DNA of 64,000 nucleotides from Bacteroidales bacterium (GTDB lineage Bacteria > Bacteroidota > Bacteroidia > Bacteroidales > VadinHA17): positions 47,263-111,262 of the forward strand of contig JBNGDI010000006.1 in the NCBI GenBank assembly GCA_049975425.1. Direction: 5' to 3'. Below are positions 38,121 through 47,766 of the stretch, one piece after another. The position numbers were made by a program, and so were the translations under genes. Within the stretch, counting starts at the first letter, position 1. Each line of letters begins with the position of its first letter. Below the pieces are notes generated by a model. The model was not told where the DNA came from and ran no database searches. It saw nothing but the letters and a program-made list of their open reading frames with translations.

Positions 38121-40136
38121 ATGATGTCGATTTCCGATTTCCAGAAAGCTATTTTGCAGGGGATTCCGGAAGAAATTCCGCCTGCCAAACCGTATGATCC
38201 TTCGGTGAATCATGCACCACCGAGAAAAGATATTCTCACGGAAGATGAAAAAGTTCTGGCCCTGAAAAATGCGCTGCGGTATTTTCCTCCCCGTCATCAT
38301 GCCATTTTGGCAAAGGAATTTGCCGACGAACTGAGGAAATACGGACGGATTTACATGTACCGTTACAGGCCCGGTTATCCCATTAAAGCCAGAAAAATAG
38401 ATAAATTTCCTCACCGTTCGGTACAGGCGGGTGCCATTATGCTGATGCTGAGCAACAATCTTGATGAGGCTGTGGCACAGCATCCTCACGAGCTGATAAC
38501 CTATGGGGGGAACGGAGCGGTATTTCAGAACTGGGCACAATACCTGCTTACCATGAAATATCTGGCTGAAATGACCGATGAGCAAACCCTGGTATTGTAT
38601 TCGGGACATCCCCTGGGTCTGTTTCCTTCTCACCGGGAGGCGCCGCGGGTGGTGGTGACCAACGGCATGGTGGTGCCCAACTATTCTTCAAGGGACCATT
38701 ATGAACGTTTCAATGCTCTGGGGGTTTCCCAGTACGGCCAGATGACCGCAGGTTCCTTTATGTATATCGGCCCTCAGGGCATTGTACACGGAACCACCAT
38801 AACCGTGCTGAATGCTGCGCGGAAACATGGCGGGGGAAGTATGGCCGGGAAGGTTTTCGTTACTTCGGGGCTCGGAGGCATGTCGGGTGCACAGGCCAAA
38901 GCCAGTGTGATTGCAGGATGTGTGGGAGTAATGGCAGAGATTAATCCGAAACCTTTGCAGCTGAGGTATAAGCAGGGCTGGCTCGATGAGGTGCATACCG
39001 ATCTGGACGGCCTGGTGAAACGGATCAGGGAGGCTTCGTCGAACCGCGAGGCGGTTTCTCTGGGATACCTTGGGAATGTGGTCGATCTTTGGGAGAAACT
39101 GGTGGAAGAAAAGGTTCGGGTCGATCTGGGTTCAGACCAGACATCCCTGCATAATCCCTTTTCCGGGGGTTACTATCCGGTGGGGCTCAGCCTGGAGGAA
39201 TCAAACCGTATGATGAGGGATGACCCCGATCGTTTCAGGGAATTTGTGCATGAATCGCTGAAGCGCCAGGTGGAGGCCATTAACGAAATGTCTTCCAGAG
39301 GAATGTATTTCTGGGATTATGGAAATGCTTTCCTGCTGGAAGCCGGACGGGCCGGTGCCGATGTGTTTGCTGAAGAAGGGAAATACCGCTATCCTTCATA
39401 CGTGGAGGATATCATGGGCCCGTTGTTTTTCGATTACGGGTTCGGGCCTTTCCGCTGGGTCTGTACCTCTGGCGAGGCATCGGACCTGGACCTGACCGAC
39501 CGGATTGCCCTGGAGGTGCTGGAGAAGCAGGCTGCTACGGCTCCCGAGGGAATCAGGCAGCAGATGGAGGACAATATCCATTGGATCAGGGAAGCCGGAA
39601 AGAACAGACTGGTGGTGGGATCACAGGCCCGTATCCTCTATGCCGACTGCGAGGGAAGAATTTCCATTGCGGCCGCTTTCAACCGGGCTATTCGTGAAGG
39701 CAGAATCAGCCGGCCTGTTGTGCTGGGCCGTGACCACCATGATGTTTCGGGCACCGATTCTCCCTTCCGGGAAACAGCCAATATAACCGACGGATCGAAA
39801 TTTACAGCCGATATGTCTGTGCAGAATGTGATCGGCGATGCATTCCGGGGAGCCACCTGGGTTTCCCTGCATAACGGAGGGGGTGTAGGTTGGGGAGAAG
39901 TAATAAATGGTGGATTTGGCATGGTGCTTGACGGCTCTCCCGAGGCTGACAGAAGGCTGGAAAGCATGCTGCACTGGGATGTGAATAACGGGATAGCCAG
40001 GAGGAGCTGGGCCAGAAACCCTGGAGCCATCGATGCTATCCGAAGGGAAATGGAAAGAACTCCCCTGCTGAAGGTAACCCTTCCCTATATGGCCAACGAT
40101 GATGTAGTGCAAAATGTATTAAAGAAACAGAAATGA
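38121..40136 (+). CDS. hutU: urocanate hydratase (long Bacteroidetes-type form)
   Basis: NAD-binding GLGGMSGAQ, plus YGGNGAVFQNW, GSFMYIGPQGIVHGT and GRDHHDVSGTDSPFRET. Start set at MMSISDFQ (ATG 38121). Confidence 0.9.
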   Translation: MMSISDFQKAILQGIPEEIPPAKPYDPSVNHAPPRKDILTEDEKVLALKNALRYFPPRHHAILAKEFADELRKYGRIYMYRYRPGYPIKARKIDKFPHRSVQAGAIMLMLSNNLDEAVAQHPHELITYGGNGAVFQNWAQYLLTMKYLAEMTDEQTLVLYSGHPLGLFPSHREAPRVVVTNGMVVPNYSSRDHYERFNALGVSQYGQMTAGSFMYIGPQGIVHGTTITVLNAARKHGGGSMAGKVFVTSGLGGMSGAQAKASVIAGCVGVMAEINPKPLQLRYKQGWLDEVHTDLDGLVKRIREASSNREAVSLGYLGNVVDLWEKLVEEKVRVDLGSDQTSLHNPFSGGYYPVGLSLEESNRMMRDDPDRFREFVHESLKRQVEAINEMSSRGMYFWDYGNAFLLEAGRAGADVFAEEGKYRYPSYVEDIMGPLFFDYGFGPFRWVCTSGEASDLDLTDRIALEVLEKQAATAPEGIRQQMEDNIHWIREAGKNRLVVGSQARILYADCEGRISIAAAFNRAIREGRISRPVVLGRDHHDVSGTDSPFRETANITDGSKFTADMSVQNVIGDAFRGATWVSLHNGGGVGWGEVINGGFGMVLDGSPEADRRLESMLHWDVNNGIARRSWARNPGAIDAIRREMERTPLLKVTLPYMANDDVVQNVLKKQK

Positions 40137-40528
40137 TGAAAGAAACGAAATACGGATTATTACTGCTCATGCTGGTGGGTTTCCTGTCCGCCTCCTGCGA
40201 GCCGGAACCCGGTGAGGGAACCATATATGGGGTGTGGACCTGTTATGAGGAAGGGCCGTTCGGGCCCTCCACCTTCATAATCGATATAGAGGAATCGCCG
40301 GGTTCCCCGGGTGAAGTGGTTGTTCACAATTTCAGTCAGCTTGGGGTTGACGTTTCCGTTTACGGAACCGTTGACGGTCCGGACCTTACCATCCCGCAGC
40401 AGGTGGTGAATGACGGATCGGCCGATTTCAGGATATCGGGTTCGGGATTTACTTCCGATGAATACCGGACCATGAGCTGGACCTATACGATAGACGGGGA
40501 AAATTATACGGCCACCCTGACACGCTGA
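40133..40528 (+). CDS. small hypothetical lipoprotein
   Basis: Lipobox LVGFLSASC. The 131 aa are beta-rich. ATGA overlap with the hutU stop. Confidence 0.55.
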   Translation: MMKETKYGLLLLMLVGFLSASCEPEPGEGTIYGVWTCYEEGPFGPSTFIIDIEESPGSPGEVVVHNFSQLGVDVSVYGTVDGPDLTIPQQVVNDGSADFRISGSGFTSDEYRTMSWTYTIDGENYTATLTR

Positions 40529-40570
40529 GTGGAAAACTACCGGCTGCCGGCGCCCGGCAAACGCAGAACA

Positions 40571-40930
40571 TCAGTAGTTCCCGGTGTTCAGCATGATCAG
40601 GGCGCAGCCGGTGACCGTTTCAATGCCCTGCGAACGGGCTTTTTCCATCAGCTCATCATTTTCCGTACCCGGATTGAAGATGATCCTTCTTGGATTTAAA
40701 TCCAGAATATAATCATACATGTCTTTCTGTCTTTCTGGTCCCAGGTACAGGGCAATGGTGTGAATATTTTTTAGAGGAGGCCTGCCGGTAAGAATTTCAA
40801 TATTGCCAATCATGCCCGGTCTGAACCCTACGGCCACTACCGGGTAATTGTGTCTTACCAGGCTTTTTACCGCCTTGTATGAGAAGCGGCGGGGGTTGGG
40901 ACTGGCACCCAGCACGAGCGTGTATTCCAT
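40571..40930 (-). CDS. CoA-binding domain protein (YccU-like)
   Basis: 119 aa with LVLGASPNPRRFSYKA...GFRPG, typical of the small CoA_binding_2 family. Confidence 0.7.
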   Translation of the reverse strand: MEYTLVLGASPNPRRFSYKAVKSLVRHNYPVVAVGFRPGMIGNIEILTGRPPLKNIHTIALYLGPERQKDMYDYILDLNPRRIIFNPGTENDELMEKARSQGIETVTGCALIMLNTGNY

Positions 40931-40983
40931 GACGGTTGGCTTTGATGCAAAAGTAGAAAAAAAGTTGCATTTGCCGGCAAATT

Positions 40984-41472
40984 TCAGGATGCCTCTTTCC
41001 TGATCAGAACCGTAGCATAGGCGGCAATACCTTCTTCCCGGCCTATAAATCCAAGTCTTTCCGTGGTGGTGGCCTTGATGGAAATGCGGTCTTCTTCCAG
41101 ACCTATCACTGAAGCCAGAACCTTTTTCATCTGGGGGATGAATTCCATGATCTTGGGGGCCTGCAGGCAGATAACGGTATCGATGTTCCCTACTTCGAAC
41201 CCTTTTTTCCTGATAAGCCGCAGGGTTTCACGTAGCAGGATCTTGCTGTCAATCCCGCTGTATTTTGGCGATTTGTCGGGGAAATGCACCCCGATATCCC
41301 GCAGGTTGGCTGCTCCCAGCAGGGCATCGCAAATGGCATGAATGAGGGCATCCCCGTCGGAATGCCCCACCGTTCCTTTATGATGGGGTATGATCAACCC
41401 ACCGATACACAGGTTGGCATGTTCCCCCAGGGGATGTACATCGTGACCGAACCCAACGCGTATATCTGTCAT
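40984..41472 (-). CDS. ispF: 2-C-methyl-D-erythritol 2,4-cyclodiphosphate synthase
   Basis: GFGHDVH, GHSDGDALIHAICDALLGA and KATTTERLGF. Overlaps the porV stop by 4 nt. Confidence 0.93.
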   Translation of the reverse strand: MTDIRVGFGHDVHPLGEHANLCIGGLIIPHHKGTVGHSDGDALIHAICDALLGAANLRDIGVHFPDKSPKYSGIDSKILLRETLRLIRKKGFEVGNIDTVICLQAPKIMEFIPQMKKVLASVIGLEEDRISIKATTTERLGFIGREEGIAAYATVLIRKEAS

Positions 41473-42674
41473 GATCCGTTGTTTGTTCTCCGGATGGTGT
41501 CGAAATCGAACCCCAGGCTGAAACGCAGTGTTCCGGCCAGGGGATGGTTCTGTTTTACCGGAATGAGATAGGAGAAATCCAGGGAGAACACATTCAGCTG
41601 CAGTCCCATCCCCATGCTGAAAAATTTCCGGTTCCCTTTGGTTTCATGTTCATGAAAATAGCCGGCGCGTACGGCGAACTGCCGTGCATACCAGTATTCC
41701 ATGCCCACAGAGAACATCAGTTCCCTGAGCTCTTCCTGGAAAGGGCTGACCAGGGTGGTCCCGTCTTCAGCATACCGTCCGGGGGCGTCATAAAACGACT
41801 GGATCATACCCACCGGCACCGAAACGTTGGGGTCTTTTCCGTACAGTATGCTGTCGTTGCCATTGTAAATGGGGGGAGTGGGTACCAGCAGTTTGTTGAT
41901 ATCGGCGGCCAGGGTCAGGCTGTTGTAGGCATCCATGTCGAGGGTGAGCGCCCCGCCTATTCTCAGGTTGATGGGAATGAAATCGGCTTCCTGTTCTTCG
42001 GTGTACGACATTTTGGTACCGATATTGGATATGTTGGCGCCCAGGGCCCAGTGGGCGTTCTTGCCCGAGATCTCCGCGTCGCGCCGGTAATACAGGGATA
42101 TATCTCCGGCAAAAGAGGTGCCCGGTTTGGTATTGCTGTATCCGCCGGTAAGGTTGGAATAAATGAAACGGAAAGCCATGCCTCCCGACAGATAATCGGT
42201 AAATTTTCTGGAATAGCCCAGATCAAAGGCAAATTCATTGGGAGTGAAATCTCTTATCGGGGTGGCCCATTCATCGGTAAAGGTGATATCTCCCAGGGAG
42301 AAATACAGAAGGGAATAGCTTATGACCTGCAACCTGTCAATGCGTGTATATCCGCTGAGGTAGGCCAGGCTGATATCGGGCACCAGCTTTCTGAGCCAGG
42401 GGGAGTAAGATATGGCCAGTCCGGAACTTCCTTCGATGAAGGCATATTTTGCCGGATTCCAGTGCATGGAATACACATCGGGAGAGGTGGCGGCTCCCAC
42501 ATCGCCCATCCCTCCCGATCTGGAATCCGGTGCAATGGTCAGGAAAGGAACCACCGACTGGATGGTGTTGATGTTGCTTCCCCCGGTTTCCCTGGGGGTT
42601 ATCTGAGCATTCAGAGGAACAGCGGCCCATGCCCACACATAGAACACAAACAGCCGATGCCAATTTTTCGACAT
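41469..42674 (-). CDS. porV: type IX secretion system outer-membrane protein PorV (LptO)
   Basis: Signal peptide, then VVPFLTIAPDSRSGGMGDVGAATSPDVYSMHWNPAKYAF, the characteristic PorV N-terminal block. The rest is beta-barrel-like with alternating residues. Lies immediately downstream of porU. Start set at MSKNWHRLF (cat at 42672-42674). Confidence 0.8.
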   Translation of the reverse strand: MSKNWHRLFVFYVWAWAAVPLNAQITPRETGGSNINTIQSVVPFLTIAPDSRSGGMGDVGAATSPDVYSMHWNPAKYAFIEGSSGLAISYSPWLRKLVPDISLAYLSGYTRIDRLQVISYSLLYFSLGDITFTDEWATPIRDFTPNEFAFDLGYSRKFTDYLSGGMAFRFIYSNLTGGYSNTKPGTSFAGDISLYYRRDAEISGKNAHWALGANISNIGTKMSYTEEQEADFIPINLRIGGALTLDMDAYNSLTLAADINKLLVPTPPIYNGNDSILYGKDPNVSVPVGMIQSFYDAPGRYAEDGTTLVSPFQEELRELMFSVGMEYWYARQFAVRAGYFHEHETKGNRKFFSMGMGLQLNVFSLDFSYLIPVKQNHPLAGTLRFSLGFDFDTIRRTNNGS

Positions 42675-42722
42675 ATTATATTTCTCTAGAATTGAAGTGA
42701 ACAAATATATAAATAATATAAC

Positions 42723-45700
42723 TTATCTCAGGATAACCAGTTTGGAAGACATTTGGGCTGTTTCCCCTTCGGGTGTGCTTACCCTGATGGTGTAAACGTA
42801 AATGCCTCTTCCGATAGTATACCCGTTTTCATCCAATCCGTTCCATTCAAAAGGTTCCTCCCGGTAGCCCTGTGGAAAGACTCTGGTTTGCAGGGTTTTC
42901 ACGAGTTGCCCGGAAAGTGAAAAAATCCGGATCAGCACTTCCATTTCCGTTCCCGGGCGGTTGTGTTCGAAAGAAAAGGTGGTATGGTCTGTCAAAGGAT
43001 TCGGGTAATTGAATATTTTTTCCAGGGCAAGCCTGGCGCTGGAAGCCACCACGAATTCAAGGTTCGCGGTGGATGAATTATTGTACACGTCCCAGACTTT
43101 CAGGCTGATGCGGTGCTTTCCCTCTTCCAGTTCGGACAGCCGGTAGCGGATTCGCCCCGAACGGTAACTGTCGGTGTCGGCTTCATAATAGTCGTTCAGC
43201 ACCATGATATTCTGATCATTATCCAGCTGAGCGATGATATCGTGACCTATGCCGGTTCCGGTGGTGTTGATCCCGCTGGAATCGGATACCAGGGCCAGCA
43301 GCAGGGGATTTTCATCGGTGATCCCTCCAGGAAAGAAATTTACGTCGTTCATGTACAGTTGGATTTCCGGACCTTCTGTATCCGGCTGTTCAACATGGGC
43401 GAATCCTCCGATGATCACCTCATGGCACGCTCCCTTGGCATCTTCTTCCCGTCCCACTGCATAGTAACTGATCCGGCCGGGTCCCGGCTCGTATGCAATA
43501 TCCCTGGGAACGATAAAGGAGAAGGAGAATCTTCCGTTCTCAATGGTGGCCTTGCCTTTGTACAGGACATTGTTCCTGACGTGGAATGACATTGGTCCGA
43601 ATCCGTCATTATCCAGGGTTTCCACCTCCCTTTCCTTGTCATACACAGTAGTATGCAGTATTCCCTCAAAACCGGTCAGTTCGTTGCCCGCCGCATCGGC
43701 CAGGTAACCGCTGACAGTAACCAGTTCCAGGGCATTCAGTGTGTCGGGAGGAAAAGCAAGGGGTTGTTCGTTGATTTCTTCGGTGATTACCTGCAATTCA
43801 GGAACAGCCAGACGCATGGACGGATCCCCCAGCAGGATGAAATTACGGTTGTTGATGCTCGATCCGGATGCATTTTTGGTATGTTTCAGTACATCCCCCA
43901 GCCGGGGGTATGAACCCCCTGCTTCCCGTTCAAACACGTACCGGTAGAAATTCCGGTTCAGCACAAAATTCGGGCTCGAGTAAACCAGGCGTGTGGTGGT
44001 GAGCAGGGCGATTCCACCTCCCAGCGGATTGAGCAATACCATTTCTCCCGCCGAGGTCCTTTTTGAAAATTCTCCGGCCAGGGTCTTTTCCACATCGTCG
44101 AACCGGCCGAATTCACAGGTGGCGGTGATGAAAAGCGGGAGCCGGTCCTCGTTGGACCACGATCCGATATCATTTTTTCCCAGGATGGCTTCATGAGCTA
44201 GTCCCCGGTCATTCCCGTGTCCCGTGTAGTTCATTATAAGGGCCCCTTTTTCCATCTGCCGGTTGATGGCTTCGTTCACTTCGGGATACCGCTGTCCGTT
44301 GGGTGTGGAAACCTGAGGATAGGCATCAAGATATATTTTATTTATATTGAATACACGGTAGGTGGTGTCGATGTAGGTGGCCAGGATGTCGGCATCGCGC
44401 ATGTGGATATTGTAGTCCTCATCGTCGCCTATAAAACAGAGGATATTTCTCCAGTTACCTGCCCGGGACATGCTGTCGTATCCGATGATTTTTTCAACCA
44501 CAGCGCGGGCCTCCTCGGGAGTGGATACCGGCAACCGGCCAATCCCTATGTCAAGCAGTCCCGACGACCCTCCTTCGTCATCATCGAGCATACCGAAAAA
44601 ATCATCGGTAGCAAACGACTGTGTGGGGCTGAATGAGTTGGAAGATTGATAGGTGAGGATGAAACTGGGGTTTCCGGGATCTGAGCTTCTGTTGTCGTAG
44701 GAGCCGTCGCCGAACAGAAGCAGGTACCGGGGCAGTTCGTCCGGTCCCGCAGCCCGGTCATACAGCATTTTCATAAAATTCCGGATGGCTGAAACATCGG
44801 GCATGCCCGATGAGAATTCATGATAGATCTGTTCGGGGGTGACGACCAGCACCCTGAGTCCGTCGTGTGTTCTGCGGTGATCGGCCAGGTCCTGTGCATA
44901 AGCAAGAAATCCGGGGTGGGAAACAATGACCAGGTCAGCGGGAGGGCTTCCGTGAAGATTCTGGTTGGGCAGGGGAGTGGTTTCTATTACCGGTTCATGG
45001 AAGTTTTCCTGCCGGAAGGCTATGTATTCTTTTATTTCGGGTGTTTCTGCTGTGAAAAGGAATTGATTATCCGAAAAAGTACCTTCCATTCGGACAGGGA
45101 GGGTAGGTTGCGTGATGTCCCATACCGAAAGACCGGAGGCAGCTTCCGACAGGATGAACCTGGACACCTCGTCAGGCCCGGCTGTTCTGGTGTTCCGGAA
45201 ATGCATCTGATCTCCGGTCATGATGAGTTCTCTTACGGCATTTACCCTTATCCAATCGATCCAGCATGCAGAGGATGTGATACCCTGGTGATGATACCGG
45301 AGGGTAACGGTTACTTCATCCTGTGATACGGTGAGAGAGGCCGATCCCTCGTTTTCCTTTGCGTAGTCGCTGGTATAGCTACCCATATTTACCGCTCCAA
45401 TGGGGACGGAGAATAATTCCGTGTCGTTTACACTTACGGTAAAACCCGTACTGGCGGATGAACGGGCGGCGAGCTGTGCCGAAACCCTGACAGGAATGGC
45501 TGTATGAAGGTTGGGGAACGAGAATGAAAGGTGCTTTGGGTTGATGATTGACATGGGTTCTAACCATTGCCTGCCCGAATGGATCAGGTTTTGCACATCC
45601 GATTCATGTATCCTGTAATCGTCGAAGGTAGTGACGGTATGGGTCGGAGGCAGGGAGGAAGAAGGGACTGAAGGAACCTCCAGTCCTTCTCCGGCCTGGT

Positions 45701-46556
45701 CGGTAATAAAATACACCGCTTCCGTGGCATACAGGTGAGGGTGGTGGATGAATTCCTTTCTCAGGGTGTCGTAATGCCAGTCGCCGGGGCCCTTCCCGTA
45801 AAACAGCAGGTAATCGCCCTGATTGAAAATGCCGTCGCTTCCTTTCTCAAACCAGATGGCATTTTCTTCCAGGTCGTCGGTTTTCGGGGCATCGTTTTCT
45901 TCCGGAAGCATGGCGCCTCCCTTTCCGAATATCCTCACCTGCGAGGGGTCGGAGAATCCCAGTTCCGTTAACTGATTGTATGTGATCCGGTAAATTCCGT
46001 CCCGATCTACTTTCATACGGTACCAGAGTCCGCTTGCCAGTAAGGAATTTGAAGCATAGGAATGGCTTTTCTTCTTTTTTGTGGCAGGCAACAAACTGGT
46101 TGATTCCCTGATTACCAGGCTGTAGCTGACCATTTTTTCCGGTTGGCCGGTGGAAGGATTCATCCTGTAGGGATAGACCCTGACGACAAGAACACGTTCT
46201 TTTCCTGAAGTAAGCAGCCGGTGGGTTATTGACGGTTTTTCTGGTAACCAGGCAGGAAATGCCACCCCGTATTTTTCCTCAGGGCCAAAGGGTTTGTATT
46301 CCGCACCGGCCAGCCTGACATCTGCAGATGAACCATTGCTCCACTTTACCTGTTCAATGCAATAAGGCAGGAGACCCTTCGTTTCATCGTAAACAGCGTT
46401 TTCAAAGAATAGCAGTCGCTGACCGGAGAATGAAGTGTCGCCCGGTGCCGGCACTGAGGTACCCCAGCGGATGCATTGGTGGATGATCCTTACCTGTGAC
46501 CGGCCCGCTATGGACATTAACAGGAGCAAAAACATGCATGCCAGGCGGATTTTCAT
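42723..46556 (-). CDS. porU: type IX secretion system sortase PorU (C25 gingipain-like peptidase)
   Basis: 1277 aa. The central region has a C25-like layout (LLLFGDGSYD, NYTGHGN, ATCEFGRFD with a His/Cys dyad context). The C-terminal T9SS-type CTD is FNYPNPLTDHTTFSFEH...IRIFSLSGQLV...GIYVYTIRV. Confidence 0.85.
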   Translation of the reverse strand: MKIRLACMFLLLLMSIAGRSQVRIIHQCIRWGTSVPAPGDTSFSGQRLLFFENAVYDETKGLLPYCIEQVKWSNGSSADVRLAGAEYKPFGPEEKYGVAFPAWLPEKPSITHRLLTSGKERVLVVRVYPYRMNPSTGQPEKMVSYSLVIRESTSLLPATKKKKSHSYASNSLLASGLWYRMKVDRDGIYRITYNQLTELGFSDPSQVRIFGKGGAMLPEENDAPKTDDLEENAIWFEKGSDGIFNQGDYLLFYGKGPGDWHYDTLRKEFIHHPHLYATEAVYFITDQAGEGLEVPSVPSSSLPPTHTVTTFDDYRIHESDVQNLIHSGRQWLEPMSIINPKHLSFSFPNLHTAIPVRVSAQLAARSSASTGFTVSVNDTELFSVPIGAVNMGSYTSDYAKENEGSASLTVSQDEVTVTLRYHHQGITSSACWIDWIRVNAVRELIMTGDQMHFRNTRTAGPDEVSRFILSEAASGLSVWDITQPTLPVRMEGTFSDNQFLFTAETPEIKEYIAFRQENFHEPVIETTPLPNQNLHGSPPADLVIVSHPGFLAYAQDLADHRRTHDGLRVLVVTPEQIYHEFSSGMPDVSAIRNFMKMLYDRAAGPDELPRYLLLFGDGSYDNRSSDPGNPSFILTYQSSNSFSPTQSFATDDFFGMLDDDEGGSSGLLDIGIGRLPVSTPEEARAVVEKIIGYDSMSRAGNWRNILCFIGDDEDYNIHMRDADILATYIDTTYRVFNINKIYLDAYPQVSTPNGQRYPEVNEAINRQMEKGALIMNYTGHGNDRGLAHEAILGKNDIGSWSNEDRLPLFITATCEFGRFDDVEKTLAGEFSKRTSAGEMVLLNPLGGGIALLTTTRLVYSSPNFVLNRNFYRYVFEREAGGSYPRLGDVLKHTKNASGSSINNRNFILLGDPSMRLAVPELQVITEEINEQPLAFPPDTLNALELVTVSGYLADAAGNELTGFEGILHTTVYDKEREVETLDNDGFGPMSFHVRNNVLYKGKATIENGRFSFSFIVPRDIAYEPGPGRISYYAVGREEDAKGACHEVIIGGFAHVEQPDTEGPEIQLYMNDVNFFPGGITDENPLLLALVSDSSGINTTGTGIGHDIIAQLDNDQNIMVLNDYYEADTDSYRSGRIRYRLSELEEGKHRISLKVWDVYNNSSTANLEFVVASSARLALEKIFNYPNPLTDHTTFSFEHNRPGTEMEVLIRIFSLSGQLVKTLQTRVFPQGYREEPFEWNGLDENGYTIGRGIYVYTIRVSTPEGETAQMSSKLVILR

Positions 46557-46671
46557 TATTCCAGCAATTACCCGATCAGCGGCAGAATTGAACAGTTCGT
46601 TTCAGGATATAAAAATATACATTTTCTAACGAGGAGAAATTTAAATATATTGTAGTCCTTATTAACGATAT

Positions 46672-47691
46672 GTGATCGCTTTCCGGAATTATAAATATAC
46701 GAAACCTGCGATAGGGTGGATATGCCTGGTCATATGCCTTACCCTGTTGGCCGGTGAAACGAGTGGCCAGGATCCCGGTTTTTCACAATTGTATGCCAGC
46801 CCCATTTTTCTGAATCCTGCTTTTGCAGGAAACAGGGACAAGCCAAGGGCTGCTCTGTTTTACCGTCAGCAGGGTCCCGGGTTTCAGATGAAATACCTGA
46901 GTTTCGGGGTGGCTTATGATCAGCCGGTGGAATGGGCTCACGGCGGAGCAGGGCTTATGATATGGAGCGATCACCAGGGTTCGGGCACCATACGGCGTAC
47001 CAGTGCCGATGCTATGTATTCATATCATCTGCAGGTATCGGAAGAATGGTTCATTGATGCAGGCTTTCAGGTTTCCTGGATCCAGAAAAAAGTGGTTTCA
47101 GAAGGACTGGTGCTTCCCGATATGATCGATCCCGGAAGCGGAAATCTGCTGCCTACCGGGGAGAGTATGCTGGATTACAGCCTGGGATTTGTTGATTTTT
47201 CCACAGGTTTTATGGCTTATTATCGAGACTTTTTCGGGGGGGTGTCTGTGCATCATCTGACAGAGCCCAACGAGTCGTTTTCAGAAAACATGCGTGTGCC
47301 ACTTTACAGGAAATATTCGGTGCAGGCCGGGATGGCCTTTTATGCAGGGGGCAGAAGGGATTTCCCCACCACCTGGGTGTTCACCCCACATTTATTGCTG
47401 CAGAAACAATATCAGGCCTGGCTGATTACCTGGGGCCTGAACCTGAGCAGGGAACATTGGGTAGCCGGATTGCGTGTGCGGCAGGATAGGTTAAAGAGTC
47501 CTGATGCATTGATTATCCTGGCAGGTATTTCCCTGCATGACTGGGATATTGCCTACAGTATTGATCTGGAAATGCCACGGGAAGGAATGGTCAGACCGTT
47601 TACTGGTGGGCACGAGGTGTCGCTGATATGGAATTTTTTCCTTCCGGAAAAAAGAAGACGCATCAGGGCAATAAAATGTCCCCGTATTTAG
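46672..47691 (+). CDS. PorP/SprF family type IX secretion system membrane protein
   Basis: GTG start and a signal peptide, then the family signature QDPGFSQLYASPIFLNPAFAG. About 300 aa of beta-barrel-like sequence follow. Confidence 0.8.
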   Translation: MIAFRNYKYTKPAIGWICLVICLTLLAGETSGQDPGFSQLYASPIFLNPAFAGNRDKPRAALFYRQQGPGFQMKYLSFGVAYDQPVEWAHGGAGLMIWSDHQGSGTIRRTSADAMYSYHLQVSEEWFIDAGFQVSWIQKKVVSEGLVLPDMIDPGSGNLLPTGESMLDYSLGFVDFSTGFMAYYRDFFGGVSVHHLTEPNESFSENMRVPLYRKYSVQAGMAFYAGGRRDFPTTWVFTPHLLLQKQYQAWLITWGLNLSREHWVAGLRVRQDRLKSPDALIILAGISLHDWDIAYSIDLEMPREGMVRPFTGGHEVSLIWNFFLPEKRRRIRAIKCPRI

Positions 47692-47705
47692 TTATTTATG
47701 ATAAA

Positions 47706-47738
47706 TTTGTTCAGGAAAATAAAAAATCATTATATTTG
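47706..47738 (+). promoter_or_regulatory. candidate Bacteroidetes-type promoter for gldJ
   Basis: TTTG (47706-47709), a 21-nt spacer, then TATATTTG (47731-47738). This exactly matches the TTTG / TAnnTTTG consensus and lies 29 nt before the ATG. Confidence 0.5.
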
Positions 47739-47766
47739 ATCAGGAATGCCGTAAAGTATACCAATT

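Noticed and set aside
38121-40136. Possibility of a complete hut operon
   Set aside because: Only hutU is present. The flanking genes are a LemA-like gene, a lipoprotein, a CoA-binding protein and ispF, so no operon is claimed.
41544-42689. 381-aa plus-strand ORF
   Set aside because: Antisense to porV. The Gly/Ile/His-rich translation has no motifs, and porV on the other strand is well supported.
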